Notes: generated by a model from the letters alone, not told the origin. Numbered from the stretch's first letter, positions 25,749 through 35,906 are shown. The stretch is 64,000 bases of DNA from Candidatus Nezhaarchaeota archaeon (GCA_030055465.1 JASFYF010000001.1:698447-762446); one strand, 5' to 3'. Numbers and translations are program-made.

Positions 25749-26087
25749 TTAATGGTACTCTCTCCACGTCCTGCCGCATCTCGCGCAGCGATAAAACCTG
25801 GTCATGCCTTCATCGCCGCGGCGCGTCTGAACCATCCAGTAATACGCTTCATTGTGCCCGCACTCAGGGCACGAAGCCGTTATCTTGGGCATAGCCCTAT
25901 AGGAGCTTCCCTCTTCTATAACGGCAACCTTCTCCTTCTGGGAATGCGCGATTTGCTCGTCCTTCACGAGCCTTACGCTTTCTTCAAGGTACCCGCAGCG
26001 CTTGCAAGCCCATAACTTCCTTTCCCCATCCCTCTTGGCCACCATCATTGTGCCGCACTTCGGACATAGGGGAAGCAGAACCCTCAC
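25749..26087 (-). CDS. tfs: Transcription factor S (canonical, cleavage-stimulating)
   Basis: Two zinc ribbons; QTRRGDEGMTRFYRC catalytic hairpin. Confidence 0.95.
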   Translation of the reverse strand: MRVLLPLCPKCGTMMVAKRDGERKLWACKRCGYLEESVRLVKDEQIAHSQKEKVAVIEEGSSYRAMPKITASCPECGHNEAYYWMVQTRRGDEGMTRFYRCARCGRTWREYH

Positions 26088-26494
26088 CTCTCCTCCGGCT
26101 TTAGCTCTCCGATAATCCTGCGGACCTCGTTAAAGATTTTCCTTGCTGCCCTTAAGGCTTCCGGTAAGCTTCCTTCAATGCACGAGTACTTTATTGTCCC
26201 CAAGTCCCCCTCTTGGTTGAGGGGCTTGGCCCCCCCGAACACCATGATGGGCCTTCCGAGGCTCAGAAGCTTGGAGACATCAATGTCCCCACATCTATCG
26301 ATGAACTCATTGTCAATCACGATTAGCCCGGCCTGGTCTAGAAAGGCTGGAGGTATAAGGCCTTCTATGCTTTGAGGAAGGCTTTTAACGCGCTTTACGC
26401 TTAAAGCCTCAAGCCACAGCTTTCCTCTATACAGGACGCTAACCACGACGGTTTCATCACCGGTGATGCCCAGAACCCTTCGCTCCCTCTTCAT
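26084..26494 (-). CDS. Degenerate DUF99 / endonuclease-dU-like protein
   Basis: MKRERRVLGI...YRGKLWLEA N-terminus and LPEALRAA C-terminus resemble DUF99; lies between rpoL and tfs. Confidence 0.6.
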   Translation of the reverse strand: MKRERRVLGITGDETVVVSVLYRGKLWLEALSVKRVKSLPQSIEGLIPPAFLDQAGLIVIDNEFIDRCGDIDVSKLLSLGRPIMVFGGAKPLNQEGDLGTIKYSCIEGSLPEALRAARKIFNEVRRIIGELKPEER

Positions 26495-26513
26495 TGAGAC
26501 CCTTCTACGATCA

Positions 26514-26798
26514 TCACTTTAAGGCTTCCCCGAGGCACCTCTTGAAATCCTCGAGCACCTCCCTTATGCTCTTCGCGGCCCTCTTCAAGGCCTCCTCGGG
26601 TTTGCTTTGCTTGGTCTTCAGGTAGAATAACGGGTTTGATACTAAGGGGTGATCTATCTTGTACGCCGCGAACTCCACGTCTGGGTCCTTCTTCAGGAAG
26701 TCCCTAAGCAGGTTGCAGAAGGTGTGCCCTTCCCCTATTATTTCAAACTTCATGCTCCTCTCGTCGCCTTCAAGAACCCTTATCTTCATAGCCATCAT
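26514..26798 (-). CDS. rpoL: RNA polymerase subunit Rpo11 (L)
   Basis: GEGHTFCNLL...FAAYKIDHPL. Confidence 0.96.
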   Translation of the reverse strand: MMAMKIRVLEGDERSMKFEIIGEGHTFCNLLRDFLKKDPDVEFAAYKIDHPLVSNPLFYLKTKQSKPEEALKRAAKSIREVLEDFKRCLGEALK

Positions 26799-27389
26799 CT
26801 ACTGGAGCTTGAATGGCGTGGAGTACCTAAGGGAGATCTTCCTTTCTTCTTCCTGATTTCTACATTGTGGACAATAAAGCTTTCTATCCTTGAGCACCAT
26901 TGGGTTTTGGCAGTTCACGCAGAAAGCCAAGATGACCCCCAGCTCCTTATCCTTCATTGACAGCTGGTAGGGCACCTTGTTGTTTATAATCTTGGCTCTA
27001 ACTATATCTGTAACCCTAATAGCGCTCGACAGTGATTCTACAAACTTGTCGCTTACTTGGCTTATATGCAGCATTCCGTGGAAGGATGGCTTCAACCACG
27101 CATCTTTGTTCTCGATCTTCTTGATAACTATGGTTGCCGTGTCCCTCTTTACACTATTCACCTCTCCTATAACTATATCGCCCTTAACGGGTAATAGCCT
27201 CTCCCTACCCAGGGGCCTCACGTGGACTTTCCTCTCCTCTATGTCTAGGACGGCCACGCCGAAGTACAGGGACTTTATGTTGTCGTCGTCAAGGTACGTG
27301 CCTTCACCGGGCAGGAACTCCTCTATTATTCCCAGGCTCTCTCCCGGCGTGACTACATCTCTCAGGATTTTCTCCTTCACAGGCCTCAT
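26799..27389 (-). CDS. csl4: Exosome subunit Csl4
   Basis: VTPGE.LG..EEF.PGEG; S1 domain; LGVILAFC..C...C..C...RK. Confidence 0.95.
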   Translation of the reverse strand: MRPVKEKILRDVVTPGESLGIIEEFLPGEGTYLDDDNIKSLYFGVAVLDIEERKVHVRPLGRERLLPVKGDIVIGEVNSVKRDTATIVIKKIENKDAWLKPSFHGMLHISQVSDKFVESLSSAIRVTDIVRAKIINNKVPYQLSMKDKELGVILAFCVNCQNPMVLKDRKLYCPQCRNQEEERKISLRYSTPFKLQ

Positions 27390-28012
27390 CCTCTCCTAAT
27401 CCGGTACAAGCTAACATCAACTTTATAGGACTTCTTAGTATGAAATCTGAACGTTGGTCTTATAGACACTTGGAAGGGTATAATCTTATCTATTCTTCCG
27501 CCAAGCTCCTCTACGTATCTCCCAATGAAATCCAGGCTTTTATCGCTTGCTTTATGTAAACTATAAACCACCGGGGCCATCCTCAACGCAGCCTCCAGGA
27601 AGGGTCTATCCGCTTTACGTCTCCTCACACCGTACGGGGGGTTCTGGATCACAACGTCAGCCCTCAGCGATACGTGCGGCACGAGGGCCGCAAGCCACGA
27701 TATCTTGTTCTCAACATCTAGGGCCGCAGCGTTTCTGGCCGCAATCCTTAAAGCCACCTCATCGACGTCTACGCCCACAACGTACTCTGCGCCGAGCAAT
27801 GCTGACCCTACCGCTATTCTGCCGATTCCGCATCCCAAGTCCACTACAATTTTGCCTTCAACGTCCTTGAAGGTCGTCTGCACAATCCACAGCAGCTCGC
27901 TTACATCATCGCTTGTGAGGGTGTACTGTTCAAGCTTCACGCTGGGCTCCGGATGTTCAGCCATCCTTGAAAGCAACATGGCTAGCTGCTTCTTCGTTAA
28001 AGAACCAGTCAC
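27386..28012 (-). CDS. METTL5-family RNA N6-adenine methyltransferase
   Basis: LEQY, DLGCGIG, NPPYG, YSLHK. Confidence 0.93.
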   Translation of the reverse strand: MTGSLTKKQLAMLLSRMAEHPEPSVKLEQYTLTSDDVSELLWIVQTTFKDVEGKIVVDLGCGIGRIAVGSALLGAEYVVGVDVDEVALRIAARNAAALDVENKISWLAALVPHVSLRADVVIQNPPYGVRRRKADRPFLEAALRMAPVVYSLHKASDKSLDFIGRYVEELGGRIDKIIPFQVSIRPTFRFHTKKSYKVDVSLYRIRRG

Positions 28013-29027
28013 ACAGAGACCACTCCTCGAGTCTTAAGACTCCACCTACGATCAGCGCCTCAAGAACTGTTAGTATGGGCCTCCTATAGCGCTCGTAGTC
28101 GTCTACGGGTATCCTGGGGCACGCCGTGATTATAAACGCCTCAGGCTCGGTGATGTTGTCGAGGCTCTCGGGCGTCACTTCGCGCAGGGCCACCAAGGCC
28201 GTCTTCCTGCCTTTGCCGTTCAGTAGCTTCTTGACGGTCAGCGCCGTTCGGTGGTGCCGTTGCCGCCACTTGCATCCAATGACGATACCGTAGAGCCTAA
28301 CCTCATCCATAACCTGGGAGGTCGTGTACAGCCTCGCGGACCTAACTTTAAAGGCCTCTCGGCTTATATCCTTCGCCTCACCTCTGTAGGGGTCGCAGGC
28401 TATAACTGGTTTCCTCGATGAGAGCTGGAGCCCCAACGCGTGGAAAAGCCCCCCTCCTATGTGGATGAATAGGTCCACCTTATCCCTGATCGCCATAGCG
28501 GACGTGTAGTCGCACCCCAAAACCTGGCCTGGATACCTAGTCCTGGCGGACCCCTCACCCACAAACACCCGGTACCCTGCCCTCTCTAGTTCGCGCATCG
28601 CGGATGGTATTTCCCAGACGTGTTGAAGCGATGCCGTTAAGCCGACTTTCCCCACGCCTTCCATTGATGATAGGATGTTGAGGGCGCCCTCAAGGGCCCT
28701 CTGCGAGCTTATCCTCGAGAACGCCTCGATGAAACATGCCTTCACGCCAACCCTCTCCGAGTAGGGGGACACCTCGGGGAACGGCGTGTGGCCGAAGTGC
28801 ACTAGGCCTTGAGCGCCCAGCGAGAGCGCCGAGTCGAAAGCCACGTCGCATGCGCCGTAGCAGCTGTCCCCCGAGACTATGACTTCGACGCCTCCAAGCG
28901 CCTCCTCCACCTCCCTGGCCACGGATGTTGAAAAGGGCTTTAATCCATCGGCGAACTGCATGAGCAGCCTCTTAATCCCGTTTTCGCGCGCGAAGCTCAC
29001 GGCCTTCTCCACTTCGAAATCGTACAT
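27957..29027 (-). CDS. dph2: Diphthamide biosynthesis enzyme Dph2
   Basis: QFADGLK, YGACD, HFGH, GQVLGC, TACPR. Confidence 0.95.
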   Translation of the reverse strand: MYDFEVEKAVSFARENGIKRLLMQFADGLKPFSTSVAREVEEALGGVEVIVSGDSCYGACDVAFDSALSLGAQGLVHFGHTPFPEVSPYSERVGVKACFIEAFSRISSQRALEGALNILSSMEGVGKVGLTASLQHVWEIPSAMRELERAGYRVFVGEGSARTRYPGQVLGCDYTSAMAIRDKVDLFIHIGGGLFHALGLQLSSRKPVIACDPYRGEAKDISREAFKVRSARLYTTSQVMDEVRLYGIVIGCKWRQRHHRTALTVKKLLNGKGRKTALVALREVTPESLDNITEPEAFIITACPRIPVDDYERYRRPILTVLEALIVGGVLRLEEWSLCDWFFNEEAASHVAFKDG

Positions 29028-29099
29028 ACCCGGTACGATGAAGGCGGGGCACTCAAATAAATTTAAAGGTTCTGGAATTGCAGAGTGACCTGAAGCCCA

Positions 29100-30422
29100 A
29101 TGCTGGGGAAGCTGGGTGCGTCGCTGCGCGAAGCCGTAAAGAAGTTTCTGGGCAAGCCCGTAGCCGACGAACTTGCCGTGAGGGAGTTGATAAAAGACGT
29201 TCAGAGGGCGCTGCTCCTAGCCGATGTGAACGTTGAGCTCGTGTTGAAGATAACTCGAAGAATCGAGGAGAAGGCGTTAAGGGAGCCGATCCCTTCAGGC
29301 TTTACTAGGAGAGAAGTCACGCTGAAGGTGCTCTACGAGTCACTTATCGAGATTTTGGGGGGAGAAAAGCCACCTGCAATCCCGTACCCCTCGGATAAAC
29401 CCCTCATCTTAATGCTCGTGGGCATTCAGGGGTCGGGCAAAACCACCACGGCCGCCAAGCTGGCTTGGTTTTACAAGAGTCGAGGATACCGGCCGGGGGT
29501 AGTATGCGCTGACACCTTTAGGCCGGGAGCCTACGATCAGTTGAAACAGCTGTCGGTGAAGGTTGGAGTGCCCTTCTACGGCGAGAGGGATGGCAACCCA
29601 CTCGAAATAGCCCATAGGGGGATCGAGGAGCTCAAGAGGTCGGGATGCAACGTGATAATAATAGATACAGCCGGTCGACACAAGAGCGAGTCGACGTTGA
29701 TGGAGGAAATGCAGGAGCTAACCAACTCTTTAAAGCCCGACGAGGTTGCGCTGGTAATAGATGCTACGATAGGGCAGCAGGCTAAGGCTCAGGCCGACGC
29801 CTTTAACAGGGCGACCAAGGTAGGCTCGATAATAATCACTAAGCTTGACGGCGCCGCGAAGGGGGGAGGGGCGCTATCGGCTGTGGTGGCCACAAACGCG
29901 CAGGTAAGGTTTGTGGGTTTAGGGGAGAAGGTGGAGGAACTCGAGGTCTTCGATCCATCCAGCTTTGTGAGCCGCGTGTTGGGCATGGGGGACCTTAAGC
30001 TTCTGGCCGAGAAGGTTAGGGAGGCAGCAGTGGAGGAGGAGAGGGTTAAGAGGCTTGTAGGCGGGAGGTTCACGTTGAAGGACATGGTGGAGCAGTTTGA
30101 GGGCCTTCGGAGGATGGGTCCGTTGAGAAAGATTCTCGAGATGATACCGGGGTTGGGCTTGAACTTGCCTGAAGAGGTGGCTGATGTAGCTCAGGGTAAG
30201 CTTGACAAGTGGAGCGTAATGGTCAAATCGATGAGGAGGGAGGAGCTGGAGAACCCCGAGATAATCAACAGGTCCAGGATGAGGAGGATTGCTCGGGGCA
30301 GCGGCGTGAAGGTTAAGGAAGTGAAAGAGCTCTTGGACTCATACGAAACCATGAAGAAAATGATGAAGACCCTTATGAGGAAGCAGAAGAAGGGTCGGCT
30401 GCCGCTACCCTTCAAGATTTGA
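29100..30422 (+). CDS. srp54: Signal recognition particle protein SRP54
   Basis: GIQGSGKTTT, DTAGRH, TKLDG, M domain RIARGSG. Confidence 0.97.
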   Translation: MLGKLGASLREAVKKFLGKPVADELAVRELIKDVQRALLLADVNVELVLKITRRIEEKALREPIPSGFTRREVTLKVLYESLIEILGGEKPPAIPYPSDKPLILMLVGIQGSGKTTTAAKLAWFYKSRGYRPGVVCADTFRPGAYDQLKQLSVKVGVPFYGERDGNPLEIAHRGIEELKRSGCNVIIIDTAGRHKSESTLMEEMQELTNSLKPDEVALVIDATIGQQAKAQADAFNRATKVGSIIITKLDGAAKGGGALSAVVATNAQVRFVGLGEKVEELEVFDPSSFVSRVLGMGDLKLLAEKVREAAVEEERVKRLVGGRFTLKDMVEQFEGLRRMGPLRKILEMIPGLGLNLPEEVADVAQGKLDKWSVMVKSMRREELENPEIINRSRMRRIARGSGVKVKEVKELLDSYETMKKMMKTLMRKQKKGRLPLPFKI

Positions 30423-30450
30423 AGGGCGCTGGAACCTGGGGCTTTAGGCT

Positions 30451-31794
30451 ATGCTGAGCGCGGCGTCCGACATCTTGGATAAGGCGGTAAAGCTGCTGGA
30501 GAAGGCGTCGCTCTGCGACAGGTGCCTTGGCCGCTTCTTCGCGGGCTTGGGCTTTGCCCTAACCAACAAGGCGAGGGGTGAAAGCATAAAGACGATGCTC
30601 CTGCTCGCCGCCTCGGCGTCGCTGAGAGAAGGCGACGATAAAGGCGCTGAGGGCCTGCTGCGCTTGTTGGCTAGAACGGGCTTTAAGCCTGCGAACGAGT
30701 TGTTGATTAAAGTGGGAGGCACGCCGGTGGACGCCGTTCCCTGCGAGCTATGCCTTGGAATGTTCGACAGCGCCTTGGAGGCCATGGTTAGCGGAGCTTT
30801 ATCGTCGCTTTCGAACTATGAATTCGGGAGCTTCTTGGTAGGATGCAAGGTTCCGGGCTCCATAATTGAGAGGGAGGACAGTTTAAGATCCGCCGTGGGG
30901 ATCGAATGGGGAGAGTCAATAAAGAGGGAGGTGAACCGGGAAGCAGGCCTATCAATAGCGTCGAGGACGGGGAAGACGCCTGACTTCCAGAGGCCGGACC
31001 TACTCGTGGTGTTAAACTTCCATAAAATGAGCGTGGAGGTGAAGCCGTTCCCGATTTTCGTGCGTGGGCGCTACCGAAAGCTTGTTCGCGGGGTGCCGCA
31101 GTCCAGGTGGTTCTGCCCGCAGTGTAGGGGGAAGGGCTGCAGCGCTTGCAATTGGACGGGGAAACGCTACCAGGTATCCGTTGAGGAGCTCGTAACTCAA
31201 CCGCTAATGGAGGCCTTCGGTGCCGCCAAGGCGAAATTTCACGGGGCTGGGAGGGAGGACATAGACGTTAGGGTCTTGGGTCCCGGTAGGCCCTTCGTTG
31301 TAGAGCTGATCGAGCCCCGCAAGCGGTTCGTCAACCTCGAGCAGCTGCAGGGGGAGGTAAACCGCAGGTGCCAAGGCGTGATCGAGGTTGCCGATCTGAG
31401 CTACGCCGACAAATCGCTTATAGGCATGTTGAAGCTTTCGGCTAGGGTGAAGAGGAAGGCTTACAGGGTACTCGTCGAATCGGAGGAGGCAATTTCTAGG
31501 GAGAGGCTTGAAGCAGCAGCCGCCGCCTTATCTAACGTCACCGTGAAGCAGAGGACCCCTACCAGGGTTCTACATAGGCGGGCAGATAAGCTGCGGCTCA
31601 AGAAAGTCCACGAGGTTAAGCTCACGAGGGTTGAGGACGGGGTGTTCGAGGTCGTGGTGAAATGTCAGGGTGGACTTTACGTGAAGGAGCTCGTGCACGG
31701 AGATGGCGGTAGAACAACCCCCAGCCTCCAGGAATTGCTTGGAGTGAAACTCAAGGTACTCGAGCTCGACGTCGTCGATGTTGAGACCCCCTGA
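30451..31794 (+). CDS. pus10: tRNA pseudouridine(54/55) synthase Pus10
   Basis: LCDRCLGR, GRYRK, FHGAGREDIDVR, QRTPTRVLHRR, GGLYVKEL. Confidence 0.96.
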   Translation: MLSAASDILDKAVKLLEKASLCDRCLGRFFAGLGFALTNKARGESIKTMLLLAASASLREGDDKGAEGLLRLLARTGFKPANELLIKVGGTPVDAVPCELCLGMFDSALEAMVSGALSSLSNYEFGSFLVGCKVPGSIIEREDSLRSAVGIEWGESIKREVNREAGLSIASRTGKTPDFQRPDLLVVLNFHKMSVEVKPFPIFVRGRYRKLVRGVPQSRWFCPQCRGKGCSACNWTGKRYQVSVEELVTQPLMEAFGAAKAKFHGAGREDIDVRVLGPGRPFVVELIEPRKRFVNLEQLQGEVNRRCQGVIEVADLSYADKSLIGMLKLSARVKRKAYRVLVESEEAISRERLEAAAAALSNVTVKQRTPTRVLHRRADKLRLKKVHEVKLTRVEDGVFEVVVKCQGGLYVKELVHGDGGRTTPSLQELLGVKLKVLELDVVDVETP

Positions 31795-31795
31795 G

Positions 31796-31830
31796 CACCC
31801 CTTGGGGGGTGGGCTTTTCTAGTGGAAGCC
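31796..31830. terminator. Two short hairpins between convergent pus10 and rpl21e
   Basis: CACCCC-TTGG-GGGGTG and GGCTT...AAGCC. Confidence 0.4.
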
Positions 31831-32121
31831 CTATCTCAAAGGCTTTATGTGCTCTGGGGTCGTCAGAATTACCTTGCGCTTGTCACCAAGCCGGGTCTCG
31901 ACGACGTACGCCCTGCCCCTTCTACCTATTATTATGCCCGTAAGGCCTTGATACCTCCTGTGCGGGGCTGTTTCGACGTTTGAGGGGTCTACGTCGAAGC
32001 TTACCTTGTCTCCAACCTTGTACTCTATTAGGAGGTAACTTAACCCTCTTGCACCCCTCTCCCGAGGATTCTTCGAAAGCAGCCCCCTAGACTTAGTCCT
32101 TAAACCTTTGGATCTCCTCAC
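31831..32121 (-). CDS. rpl21e: 50S ribosomal protein L21e (inverted relative to neighbours)
   Basis: SKGLRTKSR...PHRRYQGLTG...PEHIKP. Confidence 0.96.
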   Translation of the reverse strand: MRRSKGLRTKSRGLLSKNPRERGARGLSYLLIEYKVGDKVSFDVDPSNVETAPHRRYQGLTGIIIGRRGRAYVVETRLGDKRKVILTTPEHIKPLR

Positions 32122-32253
32122 GGTGCTTTTCCTCCGGTTTCTCTCCTAGAGAGACTTTTAAAAAGCTTGCTTTAGCCCCCGTATAAACTATAAATAGCCT
32201 TTCCGGGAAAAATAACTTGACATCCAGCTTTAGCCTTCAGAGGGCGCATCAAG

Positions 32254-32583
32254 ATGAAAGTGATTAAGGTTAAGGAGATTCCTTTATCCCTAGCGCGCGA
32301 CCTCCTGAGCGCTAGGCAGAAGAGCATCCCCCTTGAGCCTTACCAGGCATCAGCTTTAAGCCACGCCTCAAAGTTCTCTAAGCTGCCGCCGGATAAATCC
32401 GAGAAGCTGGTTGAGGAGTTGACGTCGGAGTTTAAGCTGTCAAGGGCAACCGCGGTGCAGGTGGCGAACATAGTGCCTTCGACGCCTCAAGAGTTAAGGG
32501 TTCTGTTAGCCAAGGAGAGCAGGGTCTTCTTGCCTGAGGACCTGGAGAAGGTCCTTGAAGTAGTAAAGAAGTACACAGGCTAG
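32254..32583 (+). CDS. rpoF: RNA polymerase subunit Rpo4 (F)
   Basis: KFSKL...AVQVANIVP....ELR; conserved synteny. Confidence 0.9.
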   Translation: MKVIKVKEIPLSLARDLLSARQKSIPLEPYQASALSHASKFSKLPPDKSEKLVEELTSEFKLSRATAVQVANIVPSTPQELRVLLAKESRVFLPEDLEKVLEVVKKYTG

Positions 32584-32606
32584 CTCTCCTAAGCATCATA
32601 AATTAG

Positions 32607-33197
32607 GTGTTAGACTTGCTAGTTAAGAGTGGAAGGAAGTTTGAGGAATATGCGTACATCCTGGATTTTCTCCCTCACGGTTACCTGAGGGAGACCAGGC
32701 CACAGTTCATGCGTAAACCCATAGCCCAGGCCGTGGGGGAAGACTTCTTCATGCTTCTTGAGCTTACGCCTAAACCAGGCGTCTCGTTATCCGCAGGGGA
32801 AAGGGTCTTCATAGGTAAAGGCCTAAGAGATAAGATAGACAGGATTGTCCGAAGGCTGAGCTACGAGGATCTCACATCCTTTGCTAGGGATGAGCTTTCA
32901 AGGGTTGTCGAGAAGATAGTGAGGGAGCACGAGAACAGGTTCATCGAGTTCTTCAACGTTGCCCCTCCGTTGACAACTAAAATGCACTCGTTGGAGCTAA
33001 TGCCAAGAATAGGGAAGAAGACCATGTGGTTGATAATAAAGGAGAGGGAGAGGAGCCCCTTCAAGGGCTACGAGGACTTTGAAAGGCGCACCGGCGTAAG
33101 CAACGTTGTTGGGATACTCTGCGAAAGGATCTTAACGGAGTTGAAGGGCAATGAACGTTACTACCTGTTCACGGTTGCGCCCGTGGGTAAAGAATGA
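32607..33197 (+). CDS. DUF655 putative RNA-binding protein
   Basis: EEYAYILDFLPHG, AQAVGE..F.LLE, FFN...H.LEL.P.IGKK. Confidence 0.93.
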   Translation: MLDLLVKSGRKFEEYAYILDFLPHGYLRETRPQFMRKPIAQAVGEDFFMLLELTPKPGVSLSAGERVFIGKGLRDKIDRIVRRLSYEDLTSFARDELSRVVEKIVREHENRFIEFFNVAPPLTTKMHSLELMPRIGKKTMWLIIKERERSPFKGYEDFERRTGVSNVVGILCERILTELKGNERYYLFTVAPVGKE

Positions 33198-34051
33198 TGG
33201 TGGGTCTACGCGAGCGAACCATAACCCTCATCAGGAGGTACTCGATAAGGCCCAACAAAAGGTTAGGGCAGACCTTCTTAATAGACGAGGATGTGGCGAA
33301 AAGCATAGTTGACGCCTCCGAGGTTGATGGCCTCAACGTCTTAGAGGTTGGGGCAGGCCTAGGCGCCCTAACCGAGATGATCGCTTCGAGGGCCAAGCTC
33401 GTCTACGCCGTTGAGGTGGACCCTCTCCTCGTCAGGGCGCTACGCGAAGAGGTGCTTAAGGGGCGCGACAACGTAGTTCTAGTGGAAGCGGACTTCTTGG
33501 ACTTCACGCCTCCGCCCGTCGAGGTCGTCGTCTCCAATATACCCTACAAAGTGGCAACGCCGATCCTGTTCAGGCTGGCGAGGAGGTGCGTTTTTGATAG
33601 AGCGGTCCTCACGATTCAAAGGGAGCTGGCGTTGCGGTTGACTTCAAAGCCGGGGGTTAAAGATTATGGTAGGCTTACAGCGTCGCTCGACGTTTTCTTC
33701 GAGCCTAAGCTGGTGGGAATAGTGAACAGAAGGTGTTTCTACCCGAGGCCAGACGTCGACTCAGCCATCGTGAAGCTTAAAAGGAGAAAGCCGCCCTACG
33801 AAGTTGTGGACGTGGACTTCCACCTGGAAATGTTAAGGATGCTCTTCTCGCAGCGGAATAGACTTCTTAAAAAGGCCTTGTCCACGTCGCTTGAAAAGCT
33901 GCTTAAGGTTAAGGCGGACCGGGGGCTCTACGCCGATCCCAGGCTGGCGAAGTACGTGAACGTGAGGGTTAAGGACCTGCAGCCCTCGGAGCTAGCAGAT
34001 ATATCCAACGTGGTGAGGGAATTCGTCAAGCAGGCGGGAGGAGCGTTGTGA
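33194..34051 (+). CDS. ksgA: 16S rRNA dimethyladenosine transferase
   Basis: LGQTFL, LEVGAGLG, SNIPY, YGRL, FYPRPDVDS. Confidence 0.96.
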   Translation: MMVGLRERTITLIRRYSIRPNKRLGQTFLIDEDVAKSIVDASEVDGLNVLEVGAGLGALTEMIASRAKLVYAVEVDPLLVRALREEVLKGRDNVVLVEADFLDFTPPPVEVVVSNIPYKVATPILFRLARRCVFDRAVLTIQRELALRLTSKPGVKDYGRLTASLDVFFEPKLVGIVNRRCFYPRPDVDSAIVKLKRRKPPYEVVDVDFHLEMLRMLFSQRNRLLKKALSTSLEKLLKVKADRGLYADPRLAKYVNVRVKDLQPSELADISNVVREFVKQAGGAL

Positions 34052-34650
34052 AGCTCTGCTTTGAAGGCATGGTGATATACGTGTGGGAGGGGGTCTACCC
34101 GCCCTCCGAGGACACCTTCTTGCTTATGGATCACGTTAAGCTGAAAGGCGGGGAATTGGTGCTCGACGTGGGGACGGGCAGCGGGATCCTAGCTGTAAAG
34201 TGCGCCCTAGAGGGGTGCCACGTGGTGGGGGTGGACATCAAGAGAAAGTCGATATTAAACGCAAAGTTCAATGCTAAAGCCAACGGAGTCCTCGAGGGGG
34301 TTGAGCTAGTGTGTTCCGATGCCGCCACGTCCTTCCGAGAACTTTGCGGCTTCAATGTTATATTGGTGAACCCCCCTTACCTACCATCCACGGGCAACCC
34401 GGAGCTCGACCTACCCGAATGGGACGGAGGTCCCGAAGGCATCTCGATGGCTCTGCGCGTCGTTGATGATGCGGGCAGGCTCTTAGGTGAGGGCGGCAGG
34501 CTCTACATGGTGGCTTCATCGTTATCCAAGTACGAGACCCTAGTTTCAAGGCTTCAGTCCATGGGCTTCAACGTAACCATTAAAGCAAGAAAGAAGCTTT
34601 GGTGGGAGGAGCTCATCCTCCTGGAGGCGGAGAAGTTTGCCTCACGTTAG
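34048..34650 (+). CDS. HemK2/Mtq2-family protein glutamine methyltransferase
   Basis: VYPPSEDTFLL, DVGTGSG, NPPYLP, WDGG..G. Confidence 0.92.
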   Translation: MKLCFEGMVIYVWEGVYPPSEDTFLLMDHVKLKGGELVLDVGTGSGILAVKCALEGCHVVGVDIKRKSILNAKFNAKANGVLEGVELVCSDAATSFRELCGFNVILVNPPYLPSTGNPELDLPEWDGGPEGISMALRVVDDAGRLLGEGGRLYMVASSLSKYETLVSRLQSMGFNVTIKARKKLWWEELILLEAEKFASR

Positions 34651-35347
34651 GGTGGTCTTGGTTGAGCCGCTATACGAAGTGAACGTAGGCTTAACGTGCA
34701 GGGTGATGAAGAACTTCGGCTTTCGGGATCTATGCATAGTAAAGCCAAGATCCCACATATCGGATACAGCTAGGAGGTTTGCCGTGAAGGCTGTAGACGT
34801 CCTCGAGTCGGCAAGCATCGTGGACGAGCTTGAGAGGGCCGTGGAAGGCTTCGACATCAAGGTGGGCACGACGGGGAAGCTCGCCGGCTCAAGAAACGTT
34901 GTGAGAGCTGTCGTGCCGCCTTGGCATCTGCGCAGGGCTGTGGGGTGCGAGGGGAGGATAGCCTTGCTCTTCGGCCGCGAAGACGTTGGGCTCACGAATG
35001 AGGAGCTCTCAATGTGCGATATAGTGGTGCACATACCTACCAGCGATGAGTACCCCGTGATGAACGTCACCCACGCCGTAGCGGTCCTACTTTACGAGTT
35101 GTCTAAGCATAGCGTAAGGCCCAAGGTGAAGCTTGCGAGCGGGAAGCTGCGCGAAGTGGCCCTCAACTACTTCGTGGAGATGTTGAAGCTCCTGGAATTC
35201 CCTGATGGCAAGAAGAGGAAAGCTGGCTTAGCCTTCAAGAGGCTGCTGGGCAAATCGTTTGCCTCCAAGAAAGAGATGTACATGCTGCTAGCGTTCCTCC
35301 GCAAAGCGTACCTTGAATTGAGCAAGGGTGAACCTGAAAAAAGCTAA
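34637..35347 (+). CDS. trmJ: tRNA 2'-O-methyltransferase TrmJ family
   Basis: VVLVEP...NVG...RVMKNFG; LFGRED.GLTNEEL; YPVMN. Confidence 0.92.
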   Translation: MPHVRVVLVEPLYEVNVGLTCRVMKNFGFRDLCIVKPRSHISDTARRFAVKAVDVLESASIVDELERAVEGFDIKVGTTGKLAGSRNVVRAVVPPWHLRRAVGCEGRIALLFGREDVGLTNEELSMCDIVVHIPTSDEYPVMNVTHAVAVLLYELSKHSVRPKVKLASGKLREVALNYFVEMLKLLEFPDGKKRKAGLAFKRLLGKSFASKKEMYMLLAFLRKAYLELSKGEPEKS

Positions 35348-35384
35348 TAACCCCCCTCCTGGTTAGCTCAGAGAGGTGGCGCCT

Positions 35385-35906
35385 ATGCCTCTAAGACCAG
35401 CGCGGTGTTACAGGGCGGTGAAGGGCCCCGCCTACACTAGAAGGGAGTACATACGCGGTGTTCCGCAACCGAAGATCGCCAAGTTCACCATGGGGAACAC
35501 CAAGGCCGACCTTCCATTGGTCGTGCAGCTAATTGCAAGGGAACACGCACAGATAAGGCACAACGCGTTGGAAGCCATGAGGGTCATCTGCAGCAAGCAT
35601 CTATCAACGAATCTGGGCGAGAACAACTACCTCCTCAAGATACACCCATACCCTCACCACGTCATCAGGGAAAACAAAATGATGGCCTTCGCAGGCGCCG
35701 ACAGGCTTCAGGACGGCATGAGACTGTCCTTCGGGGACCCCGTCGGCACGGCGGCGAGGGTTAGGGCTGGAGACATCATCGCAACTATAAAGGTCCCGAT
35801 GGGAAAGCTGGACGTGGCGAAGGAGGCTGCGAGGAGGGCCGCAGCCAAGCTGCCGGTGCCCTGCGAGCTGAGGATAATCGCTGGGGAGAAATCCTCAGCC
35901 GGTTAA
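35385..35906 (+). CDS. rpl10e: 50S ribosomal protein L10e (uL16)
   Basis: [30 protein letters not shown]. Confidence 0.97.
   Translation: MPLRPARCYRAVKGPAYTRREYIRGVPQPKIAKFTMGNTKADLPLVVQLIAREHAQIRHNALEAMRVICSKHLSTNLGENNYLLKIHPYPHHVIRENKMMAFAGADRLQDGMRLSFGDPVGTAARVRAGDIIATIKVPMGKLDVAKEAARRAAAKLPVPCELRIIAGEKSSAG

Noticed and set aside
26470..26517. GTGATGA...ATGAAGA on minus strand at the rpoL/DUF99 junction
   Set aside because: Both would-be D boxes lack the essential GA; explained by stop and start codons
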